Of a stretch of DNA of 64,000 bases, positions 52,601 to 64,000 are shown piece by piece. The stretch is from Fimbriosthenelais zetlandica (taxonomy: Eukaryota). The position numbers were made by a program, and so were the translations under genes. Numbering within the stretch: position 1 is the first letter of the stretch; each line of letters starts with the position of its first letter. The notes beneath the pieces were generated by a model that was not told where the DNA came from, ran no database searches, and worked only from the letters and a program-made list of their open reading frames with translations. The stretch spans positions 46,066,001-46,130,000 of the forward strand of contig OZ365109.1 of NCBI GenBank assembly GCA_977030845.1. The letters are read 5' to 3'.

Positions 52601-55600
52601 TGCCTGCACTTCTTCATTTTGCTTCACATTTCTTGTGCCATGTCACTCTATTTGATTTCATCTCATCTCAACTGGAGCAAATAATCAACTACTACTAGAG
52701 AACAAGCGGGTCCAACCCTCGTTACTTTATATATTGTATTAAAGACATGTCTCAGTATAGAATATATATATAATATATAGTTGAAATGTATTTTTTAACA
52801 AATTTGAACAATGCAAGGAAATTGGTGATAAATTTATCGATATCACTTGATGTAAATGTAGTGTGTTTTCACAAGCTATCTACATACGTTTATTTATCAT
52901 GTAATGTAGCAGTAACTATTTTTTCAAAGTTTTATTTTTTTCTTATTAATGTATAAAATGTAACTGATGAGCACTAGAACAAAGAATTTGTCATGTATAA
53001 GTACTTATGAGCTAATTCACAAATTGTGGATGTCTTTGCAAGTAACTTGGAGATGCAAGGCACTTCCTTATTTCAGGTTTCTTTGACAGCTCCAAAAATA
53101 TCCAGATTTTAACAAATTTCAACCCTATTTCGAAATGGGTTAAAAAGAAAATCTGTACCTAGCATGCCAGTAATGATGTCATCATTAACGTTATCCATAT
53201 TCATTGTAATTCCAAATGTGGTCTTTGAAAATTTAAGGATTTTAATTGTTACCCGACTTGCATCCTTGAATGGGGATATCAAAGTATTATAAAAAGTACT
53301 TATTATGAAAACCTTGTCAGATATATCGGAATACATGTACATATATATCAATATCGGAATATGAAAGGGTAGGCTATTTTAAACTGTCAGTGGTCTACCA
53401 TGGTGATCTAATGATGCATTGATGGAAAAGTATTTCTGTATAAAAATGACTCAAATTTACTACCATCTAAACTGGACCAACTACACCGATATAGGATCTC
53501 AAAGAAACGTTACTAGTATCTACGCAGTTGATATTGTTATTCAGACGAATAGACGTGATATAATTTGGGCTACCAGTACGTTCCCTAGACATACTTTCTA
53601 TATCACTATCAGTGTTTGTACACGATGAAAATGAGAGAGATCCTATTTATAATTGTAACCCCCTCCACTTGTGTCAAAAGACGAGTCCTCTAATATTCAA
53701 CCCTCGTTGAATTCTTTCTTTTTATATCATAATGAGAATGGTGATTATATATAACCGTTGAATAATATACTCACGATTAATATATACTGTGGATTTTTCA
53801 AAACAATTAACTATGGTTAAATTGCTTCATCTCTCGTTTGATACCTCGAGTCAGACGAAATTCTATTAAAATTCAATTATGACATATTGACATAGCATAC
53901 CCATCGATAGACCGTGTTATATTGTATAGCAAATACACTACAAGGTCCAACAGAGAGAACTAATAGACAAAATGTTTCATTCGGTTGATACATGAATGCA
54001 AGCGGGTTTCTGGTATATATATTAACATTAAAATCGATAGGTAGTAGGTAGTTTGGTGTCTTGATCAAGATGATATACATGTGTATTTCTATTATGTTGG
54101 GCATTTACCAGGAAAATATGTTCAAAACTTAAAAAATGTTAGTAAATAGGTGCTGTTTAATTGAATGTTTGAGTATGTACACTGACAAATTTATACCTGC
54201 CAAAGGCGCTTTCAAAAGTTCTGCAGTTGCAAGTAATCTACGCTGATTCTATGTACCTGATCAAGCACGATGCATAGAAACGTTCAGTTTGCTGAAATGT
54301 CGCTGCATTTATAGCTGCCACTTGAATTGCTGCCTTGTACATAGCCATTGTATAATATACTATATGCATGGAACTGTAATTAACTGTGACGTATCTAAAC
54401 GTGTTATCAATTGTAAGCCTTTCTCGAGCAAATCATGGTATGTTCATACCTAGAGAATGGGACCAACTTTGAGCTAAAAGCAACTTGGTCTAAGTCGGTT
54501 TTGCCAAAAATATGAACAAGTTATATGTGTGATAAGCGACTGTGAAGTATAATGTCAACTTGGTCAGTGATCGTAATGTTATTTCACTCTGTTGCCTTCG
54601 TCACTGCCACTTCTCAATATTATGTACCTTTACACTTGGTGATCGAGCTTTTGCTTGGAACTATCTCTATTCCTAATGGCTTAAGCTGATGTGGGCTTTG
54701 TTGGGAAGGAACCAAAAGTACTTCTCAGAACTTGGTTTCATCAACTGTTTAAAATACTGCGCCATCTAATTTTTTGAGAGCTGAATTCACGCATGGGTTT
54801 CCCCCGGCGGATAACATTCTTTCACAGCAGAATGCTATTCTTCCTACATGATATTGCAAATTTCAACACAATTGTTGGATATGCAGGCCTAGTTTTACAA
54901 TCTATGTGATAAATGTAAATGCAAGAAATGTATGCATATGGGGAACTGAGTGATAAATTATAGGCCAAACTGAAATTGTTTGACTGTGTACCCCTACAAG
55001 TGTGATAAGAGTTAAAACAGACTTGTTCTTAGAAAAGAATAGCATGTAATGTCACATAAACATGATTTTTTGTTGGGAACTTTTGCATCAAGCAAATAAA
55101 AAGATTGGTAGTTCCTATCTTTGGAGTAACATCCCAAACTATATAAATCTAACTTTATTTTTAAATGTCAAGTTCTGTGAATGATTCATTCCATGATATT
55201 TATGTCATCAGTTTGTCTATGGCAATAAGCATAACATTATTCCTTTTGCGTAAGTATATATGAAATAAGTTTATAATCATGTGTTTATTATCGAATATAG
55301 AATATTCTATATGGTATTTTCCAAAAGGCATTCCTTCATGCAAAAAAATACTGCCGTCCTCTGTTTTTGAAATAATTTATTAGTAAAAACAGTGTGCCAT
55401 CCACTCATACGTTTAGCACCAATATTGCCACTTTAAAAATAGTGTATTTATGTGTAAATATTCAAGTATTATTGGTTTACTCTATTTGAAGCAGCTGTTC
55501 TTTCCATGAATTACTTTATTTTGTGTTGACTTAGCAAGAAATTATTTGATTAGTTTCTTGAGAATTATCTTAAGTACTGTGTTTTAATTGATCTTTGAGG

Positions 55601-56611
55601 ATTGATGTTTGCAACAGAATATTCTGCAATGAATATTATTCTTCTGTTAAAATTCCTTCCCTTCCAAAGATCTAGAGCACTTTTTACATTTTGCACTATG
55701 TTCGAAGGTCAATGTATTGTATACCATGCCTACTTATGTATTGTGTTTAATTATAACCGCGAAAACACGGGGCTTGTAAATAGAGATAGTCAGACAAATA
55801 TATTTACCAGATCAAAGTGTGTTTTCAAATGTGAAATTTGTTGATTGCTCAAGGTAAACGTCAGAGAGAGTGATTTGCCTCAGTGTGTTCACATCTGGAG
55901 ACTATAATGTGAATGTCCAGTCATACAGAAATTTTGATGATTTTGATATTTTGATGCATGGTCACATCTAGCAATTATTCATGATTGGTAGGGGTATATG
56001 ATTAGTAAGGGTCGACAGACGAAAATAACTTATAGATGCCCATAACATTTTCGTTTGTTGTGCCAACGTAGCACAACGCAACTATACCACAATCTTTACT
56101 ATCTTTACTGGTGGTCTTCATGAAAGCTTGCCCTCCCTCTCCCTCTCTCCGGCCCCAAACAATGTTAATCACGAAAGTGGACAAGGTGGTCCTGCCCCGT
56201 CCGTATGGCCTAAAATCATTTGACCATCAATGGATTTTACAAAGTGTACTTCATGCTTCGTACAGGGTTATGTGGTAATCATTTTCTTTGAGATCACAAT
56301 TTTAGATGTAGGCCTTATAGTTTTAGAGAAAGGCCCCTATATATGCCTAATACATTTATAGAAATTCATGACATTTTCATGATTTCCATAAGTTATAGGC
56401 TAAAACTAATGTTACTTCAGAGAAATGTTCAGGCTTGGTACCATACGACATGAAGCTACCCGACTAAGTCCTTAAATAAATAAAACAGACCACAAGAATA
56501 AGATAAGACTTCTTTTCATTCGAATTTATATAGGTCTAAAATATACTAATCATACATTTAACCAAGAATGAGAAAGCAGTTGTGTAGATATGAATAATTC
56601 TTATAATGATG

Positions 56612-59457
56612 TTAATTAGATGGACATGGATAGGCAGTAAATTCTCCCAGTTTCTCTCCCTCTTCATTATAATGAAGCATTCGATAACAGGTGTCACAGA
56701 AGGCGCACGGATCCTCGGGCGCCAGTGGGCTGTTCCTAGTGATCCACCTAGAGCGATAAAGAAAATAATATGTCCATGAAAACATTTACACAAAAACTAT
56801 TGTGAACACTAAATATTATTTTTTTTTAAATAGGTTGACGGCCTGGTAATGACCACTCATGATGGAGCTCTATAAATTTCAATGGAGTAAATTATATGAA
56901 TTCAATTATGGATTTTATGCAAAACAACAAAAACCTAAACGAAAAATCCTTCGCCATGCGTGTATGGATGCCACTCCCTGATAATACTGAGCAACATCTG
57001 AAAACTTAGCTTCATACCGCCTATTGATTTGGTTATTATTGTACCGTGTTTCTAAGAGTAAGCCTAGGTATCTGAAGGACTTGGAAGAGGTACTTACGCT
57101 GCTGGGTTGTGAATGCAGACTTTGCACCTTTGAGGTGCAGGTTTGTATTTCCTGATTACTAGCGGATATTCAGCAATATCTAAACAGTCTTCAGGATGCA
57201 CCACTCTGAAAAGAGCAATGATAAGACTATCAGTTAAAACTGCCTAATATGGCATATTTTGACAAAGTCCATTGACCATAGAATATAGGCTATAAATATT
57301 ATATATACCGATATACGTGCATGTATTTAAACAAATTAAGGTAGAATGATTCATAGGGCATGATACATTTGAGTACTGGACCATACTATGGTTCAGTAAA
57401 TAAAACTGCTAACCTAGCATGTGGTAAAGTAAGGATATTCACCCAGCCTCACGCCGGGGATATAGCTTATGAGAAGCCTCGAAGACTTACCTTACGTCCG
57501 AAAATATAAGAATATGTTCACAGTTGGCCTGATGCAGATACAAGTATGGATGGCCTAACTTTATAGTGAGCTGGTCAAAGGTGGTTTCTTCCATTTTCAT
57601 ACAGTTGTAAGGCCCGAGTCCGGTTCGGCTATCAGATTCAGCCCATTCTACGATTGTTCTGAAATAATAATCAAAAATGGTATTTATTAAATGTGACTTA
57701 TTTAAACCTATAAACTTAAACTTCTGATTTTTTGAGATACCATTCACCAGCGTCCGAAGTAGCAATGGAAATTTTTATATCAATATTAATAGCATACCCA
57801 GTTCTCTCATATATTTTAATTTTATGAAAAAGACCCTTATTATGGATGAACAGAAAATGTATAAATTGGTGAAAAAAATAATCTAAGAAATACGTACGCT
57901 CCAAGATTGCGACTAGACACAGACCGCATATCGTTATAAAAGCAGTCTTCAATGAAGAAAAACCCAGAGGGATATATATCCTGAAAAAAGACCAACGATA
58001 ATACTTCAAGTTCCTTATTTTTTTTCCGCCAGTGGAAGTTGACAAACTATTGCATTTTGGAAAACTTGCACAATAGAAATGATTTTAGATACAGGAAAGG
58101 ACCAATGAAATTATGGAAAGGTATGGACCTTTGCATAATTATCCTTAGGAAGGTCTGGTTCTGCTGAGAATTCGCCGAGAATCTGTGTGTCCAGGGTGCA
58201 TTGAATTTTATCCCGTAAGACAGTCAAATTTTGCTGACCGAGAACCTGGATTTCCTGTGATAGCAGTAGAGGCTTGAAAGAAAAAGATGAATCAGTTTTT
58301 AGGTTCTTTTCAACAGGGACATAAATGGGGTGCCAATAAATATATTATATAATTTCATATATTAAAAATTTTATAAATATAAATTATTATATTTCATTTT
58401 TTCAGCAAAATCGATGCTAACTTCTAACCTACCCGGTTTCTACCTGGGAAGTATGGCATGAACACCTGGACTGAGATAACAACATCGTTAGGTACAGGCA
58501 GCTCTTCATCACGCCGAAGTCTGTTCTTGATTTCATGGAGCTAAGAAGTATTATCAAAACATCAATGAATTGAATGCAAATTATGTGATAACTCGTTGCT
58601 CAAATGAAAATACTAATGATTCAAAAGGTAGTAGGCCCTATATTTGGAATCGCCATTATAGCTAGGTGAGGAGGCAAAGTACCCAATCAACTTACCCAAG
58701 GCACGTCCATCATTTTGTACTTGAGCCGTTTAATTCCACGCACTCTATAGCTGGGTACTTTCCTTCTTGTCATTTCTTGCCTGTGCAAACTAATGGAAAA
58801 TTTCATTACTTTACCGGTACTGAAGATAGACTGTATGGTACCGCGGTATTATTTTCTTCCCAAATAATTAAAAATCGCAGGGCCTAGCCCTAGCCTAGGT
58901 CGTGGAACCATGATATAATAGTCTTATAGACTATAGTTCTATGGTGGAACGAATAAGAGTAAAAGACCCCGTACTTTAACGTTGCGAGATTTTTGATATT
59001 CTCCGGAATATTCTTCCAGCTGTTCTCTGTCGACATGCCTGGGTATATCCCCTTCGGTTCACCATCACAGGTAAGAGAGGACAACCTGAAAAATAAGTCA
59101 CAAGTTATAAGTTCTCTGGCCTAGCCCATAGCTCAGTATATAGGGGACACCATGAGGTGACGTTACAGTAATAATTTAAGAATAAAAGACATTGTGTCTG
59201 GATTTTTACCAAGTCCAAGATTTTTATCAGCGTGTGAAATGAGCGATAATAGAGTAATATTCAACTCACTGGCAGACCTTGTCCAACTGTGAAGCCATTC
59301 TGGGTGTAATCTCCATTTTATCGGACACGATAGAGAGAAAGTGGTGATTACTCAACGTTCTATTGTCATAATTCGCAAGAAGACTGTCCCATTGGAGAAT
59401 AAACTGAGCAATATTAACCGGTTCCGAACTTGAAATTTGTTGACTGGCGTCCGCCAT
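56612..59457 (-). CDS. SNAPC3: snRNA-activating protein complex subunit 3 (SNAP50; 9 exons, 376 aa)
   Basis: Exons 59457-59270, 59085-58975, 58780-58696, 58540-58433, 58272-58129, 57980-57898, 57658-57491, 57205-57098 and 56747-56612 give a 1131-nt frame. Motifs: [46 protein letters not shown] and the zinc-binding C-terminus CKVC...[17 protein letters not shown]. Confidence 0.95.
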
Positions 59458-59461
59458 GTTT
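59449..59461 (-). promoter_or_regulatory. YY1-like motif overlapping the SNAPC3 start codon
   Basis: AAACATGGCGGAC spans the ATG and matches the YY1 core (A)ANATGGCGG common at housekeeping-gene starts. Confidence 0.4.
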
Positions 59462-59627
59462 GTTTACTGACTAGTTCCAATGTTTCCCGCAAGGTGGATA
59501 CGAGTACGGTCTACTGGATAAAAAAAAAATGGCACGGGACACTTTTTCTACAACAGTTCTGTGCCTACTCGTCATGAATATCGCCTTATTTAGTTTCTGG
59601 AATGGCGTTAAATGTATTCAATCTTAT

Positions 59628-60477
59628 TAGGCCTACTATTGGGGAGGTCCTCAAAAAGTAAAAGATGGACAGTACGGTAGGCCTACCGTAGTTCTTCTAC
59701 CAACCGTCAGTCTGGGTGGCAGCAGCAGCTGCAGTGCTCGGGACAGAAGTCATGGAGCCCAAAAAGTGGTTTACAAGATGGGGAAAGAACCCGGGGTCTC
59801 TCATGTTCCGTAGGCCTACAGTGTCTTACTTCTAAAGTAGGCCTACCAGGCTCACATGCCACGAGCCTGCGCCTAGGCCTACGCCCTTCAAATTTAGCCT
59901 GAATGATGGCATTTTTGGAGGGAGTTGGTTAGAGTGCGTGGGGTAGGCTAGGCCTAGGCCTAGACATGACCCTTGGGGTTGGAATTTAAGGGACGGGGTG
60001 GGGTCGGGGTTGGGGGGCAAAATAATCAAAAATTGTGATTCAGCATTGCACTGGGCTGTTCAGGCTAAATTTTAGGGGGTGTAAGCCTACAGTGTAGTGA
60101 CCTGAGAGCTATAGCCTACAGATAAACGCTCCCTTGGTCGCTACACATTTATAATTATAGGCCTACGCCTTTCCAGTGTTGATTTGGGGTTGGGGTCGGG
60201 GGAAGAGGTTCGGGGTGGGTGGCCTATTTTATGTGTTTAACGATTTAGAGTTAGGTCTTTGGTGATTTTGTATATAGCCTAGGCCTAGGCCTAAAATCGG
60301 GAGAAACAATCTAGCCTAGGCCAGTGCCTAGGCTAGATTGCTATGCCTTAGATTTTAAGGTGGTCGTCTTAAACCAAGCCAATTCTGGCCACAGCCACTG
60401 CTCCATCGGCGACCCCGAGCCAGCCTCATATCACAAAGCCAAAATAAACACTGCAAAACCGTATAGGCCTAGGCCTA
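59628..60477. repeat. Dense TAGGCCTA palindrome cluster upstream of SNAPC3
   Basis: 12 exact TAGGCCTA counted by eye in about 850 bp, including overlapping TAGGCCTAGGCCTA concatemers. Confidence 0.85.
59995..60110 (-). repeat. Degenerate third copy of the foldback arm end
   Basis: GGGGGGCAAAATAATCAAAAATTGTGATT...AGGGGGTGT...AGTGACCTGAGAGC aligns with the reverse complement of 61773-61840. Confidence 0.6.
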
Positions 60478-61786
60478 AATGTGTAGCGAGGGAGGGAGCA
60501 GCGAAAGTGTTTTACAAAATGGGGAATCGAACCCCGGTCGCTCGCAAGAAAGGCACCTATCTTACCTCTAGACGTATCCGCCCCAAAAATAGCCATTGTG
60601 CTATTGTAAAGGCACTCCTTTTACACAATCTGGGCATCTTCTGTCTAACAATACAGCTGTCCTGGACGTTTGGAATGCCATCTTTTTTCGTCTTCTCCCC
60701 TCCCCACCCATACTTTCTCTCAATCTCACCCTGTACATTTGCTTAGGGACTGTCATCTGCCACAATCAACGACCCTTTATCCTTGCACACAACACCCAAT
60801 GCCACAAAATTATTTTCACTATACAACTCACCATTATAAGTTCAAACTGTAAAAGCCCGCTACAAGAAAACACGGTTTTTCACGCAACCGGAAACACCTA
60901 CATATTCAGGTCTCCATGCACAAAATCATTCTACTAGTCTGTCAAGTGCTAAACTGTCAATAAGTTTGTGTCCCACTCACAGCTTCAAACCCTCCATTTC
61001 TTCTTTCCAAATAGTTTACTAGGGGTAGAAATACCTGGAGAATTGATTTCTGGCATCAGAATCGGGGTTTTCTGTACATAAAGCGTAGTAATTGCCGGAA
61101 ATGCGCGGCTATCTCAGAGTGACGGACGCCCAATGGGCGCCGCCATTTGCATTTTGCACCTCCGCAGAAATAGCTCTCATAGGGTTAAATACCAGCCAAT
61201 CAGCATGAAACTTGGCCATTCAGTGCAGAACAGTACAAACTTCCGTGCCGGGGCCAAAACACCAGATACGGTACACCCAAACGACCGGTGTTTATATTTT
61301 GATTGCATCTTTCACTAACTTATATTGTCATAACACTGTAATGTTACAATAATCTCTTCAATAATAGATATGCTGTCAAAGCAAGGCGACACAGCATATC
61401 GCCTCTCCTTTTCCTTGCGCCTGCCTTGACAAGGTGATAACCGTTTACGAAAATCGTCAATTTATTGCAATGTGTCTTGTCACAAAGACCCTATATTATG
61501 GTACGGTAGTCACTAAAAGGAAAAAGTAAGGATTAATTTCAAACTTGTTAGGGCTACTGAAAACGTATTTCACCGCCAAGACATTTTTAAACATTGTTCT
61601 TTCACCTGAACATACTTGTTTCACTATTTCCTAATATTTAGTCTTTTATTTTATAGGCCTACCATAGGCTACATTTATTGTATGCTACTCTACCACCTAA
61701 TATAGGCTACATGTCATAGAAAAAGCATCTAGCATGGGCTATTTCCCTGGACTATCATGGCACTCCTGACGGAAGCTCCCAGGTCT

Positions 61787-64000
61787 CCACACTACACCCC
61801 CTCCAATCACCATGTTTATAATTATTTTGCCCCCGGACCCCTCACAGGCCCCCAGCCTCCACCACAAGCCCGATGCCTACCCCATACACTCCTACCAACT
61901 CCCTCCAAAAATTCCAGCTCGATCTGAGGCGGCTAACTTGTCAAAACCGCCTGGAATAGCCCACTTCGTCGGTACTGCCCATAGGGTCTAATGTTAAAAA
62001 ATATTTAGCCCCCCGGACCCCTCCCTGGCCCCCAATCTACACCCCAACCCCCATGTCTACCCCCGACACACATCCCAACACCCTCCTAAAAATTCGGCCC
62101 GATCCTATGCTTCTAACCCATCTAATCCCTTGAATACATCAAAAGTGTCCCGCCCATAGGCTCAATGTTAAAAATCACTCACGATTACAGGAATGTGTGC
62201 TACAGAGCCGGTTTGCCAGTCCGATCCAATCGGCTTTTTCTCTACCTAATACATATTATTTTCACTCAAGTCCACGCTTATGTATAACTTATGAGCTCTA
62301 ATGATAAACCCGAAAAGAAGGGAGACGAAAAACGAGGAAAACCCCGATTTTTACGAAGTTGATAAATCGGCCGTCCGTATACAGGCCTATAATTTGGCCT
62401 TTTAAAAACCTTAACAGCGCCCTCTCACTAAAAGTCGAAAAAGTTGAATAACTTTGTAAATAATGGGTCTAAAATTACAATTCAAACGGATTATTCTTAG
62501 TTGGAAGCACCTCCAGGTATCTATGTGATTTTTGTGCAACTAAAATTTATTTAAAATTTCGATTTTTGAAAATTGAGTCAATTTGAGGTCTTTAGCATTG
62601 GACTCTATGGAAGGAACAAGCCAGCGCGATGAAGCGACCCGAGATTTGCAGCGGCAGAAAGGTGAAGTACGCTACTATGATTTGACCATCCAGGCCTCAC
62701 TGGCCGCCCCGCAAGACTACGGCGAAGGGAAGGATGCTCCGTATAGCCAACGATGCCAACGCTATCTCCTGAGAGTGGAGTGGGATAGTGGGTAGGCCTA
62801 TGGGAGTGGGTCAGATTGGTAGTAGGCCTATACGATTTAAGGATGGGGGCGGGGTGTGGACTAGATTATTTATTAAGCCTAACATGTAGGCTACATCGGC
62901 TAATAACATAATAACAGGGGTTAGGGCTGCTGTTCCAAATGAGGATGGAAATTTTTTAGTGGTGGGTTTCACCCGCTTGGATTTTTTTATCCCTTTCTCT
63001 CATCTCTCTTTCTCTCCCCCCCCCCCCCCCCCCCCCCCCTTCTCTCTCACTCTCTCTCTCTCTCCGGTGAGGCGAGGAGGCAAGGCTTGTACATGCAGGC
63101 TACAAGCTAGCTAGATCATAGTACCGTAGTTCATCTTTTGGCCGCTTCTCGGGTCGCCACAGTCGCGCTGTCTTGGTCCGTCCATAGAATCCAATGCTGA
63201 AGACCTCAAATTGACCACATTTTCGAAAATCGAAATTTTAAATTAATTTTAATTGAACAAAAATCATATAGATACCTGGAGCTGTTTCCAACTAAGAATA
63301 ATCAGTTTGAATTGTAATTTTAGACCCATTATTTACAAAGTTATTCAACTTTTTCGACTTTTAGTGAGAGGGCGCTGTTAAGGTTTTTAAAAGGCCAAAT
63401 TATAGGCCTGTATACGTTCGGCCGATTTGTCTATATCGCAGAAATCGGTGTTATCCTCGTTTTACGTCTCTGCTCTTTTGATATTTATTAGTAGAGGTTA
63501 TGGATCAAATATAACCGTGGTTTCGAGTGAAAATAACGCATATTAAGTAGAGAAAGGGTCGATTGTAGCAGAATGGGAAACCGGCTCTGTAGCACACATT
63601 CCTGTAATCGTGAGTGACTTTTAACATTGAGCCTATGGGCGGGACACTTTTGATGTATTCAAGGGATTTAGATGGGTTAGAAGCATAGGATCGGGCCGAA
63701 TTTTTAGGAGGGTGTTGGGATGTGTGTCGGGGGTAGACATGGAGGTTGGGGTGTAGATTGGGGGCCAGGGAGGGGTCCGGGGGGGCTAAATATTTTTTAA
63801 CATTAGACCCCATGGGCAGTACCGACGAAGTGGGCTATTCCAGGCGATTTTGACAAGTTAGCCGCCTCAGATCGAGCTGGAATTTTTGGAGGGAGTTGGT
63901 ATGGGGTAGGCATCGGGCTTGTGGTGGAGGCTGGGGGCCTGTGAGGGGTCCGGGGGGCAAAATAATTATAAACATGGTGATTGGAGGGGGTGTAGTGTGG
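61787..64000. mobile_element. Long foldback (long-TIR) non-autonomous element, truncated at the window end
   Basis: The left arm (about 61787-62703) is the reverse complement of the right arm (about 63065-64000). The spacer is about 360 bp and contains (CT)n and poly-C. Each arm contains two diverged tandem subunits of about 180 bp. No transposase ORF. Confidence 0.85.

Noticed and set aside
56002-56184. ORF ending LCY...G...VDPY, resembling the SNAPC3 C-terminus
   Set aside because: The true last exon (56747-56612, [14 protein letters not shown]) fits far better and has correct splice signals. The resemblance is probably chance.
63505-63813. 102-aa ORF in the foldback arm as a transposase
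   Set aside because: Low-complexity translation of the repeat, with no DDE or DNA-binding motif.

Overview
Eukaryotic, AT-rich, intron-containing animal genomic DNA, most likely an invertebrate deuterostome (inferred from gene content; species not identifiable). Six spliced protein-coding genes were reconstructed by hand, each with GT-AG junctions and a continuous frame: two convergent Di-Ras/RASD-like small GTPase paralogs (1407-5456 +, 7888-10603 -), a CCDC192-like coiled-coil gene (12547-16704 -) head-to-head with FBXO22 (17059-20116 +), a Na-K-2Cl cotransporter (SLC12A2/NKCC-like, 23192-52600 +) and SNAPC3 (56612-59457 -). Intron 1 of the second GTPase holds an intact initiator tRNA-Met flanked by a tRNA-Asp pseudogene and its inverted, truncated duplicate. 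Repeats include tRNA-derived SINE remnants, a MITE-like inverted repeat, a long foldback element cut off by the window end, and microsatellites. The most unusual signals are (1) strong local enrichment of the palindrome TAGGCCTA, with relatives TACATGTA and TACCGGTA, next to gene 5' ends, with two sites where the motif looks like a de novo insertion; (2) Leu at the Ras Q61-equivalent position in both GTPases; (3) mosaic identity between the foldback arms; and (4) a candidate SP/TP-rich cassette exon in NKCC. No CRISPR array, prokaryotic system or intact transposase was found. Family assignments rest on recalled motifs, not database searches.
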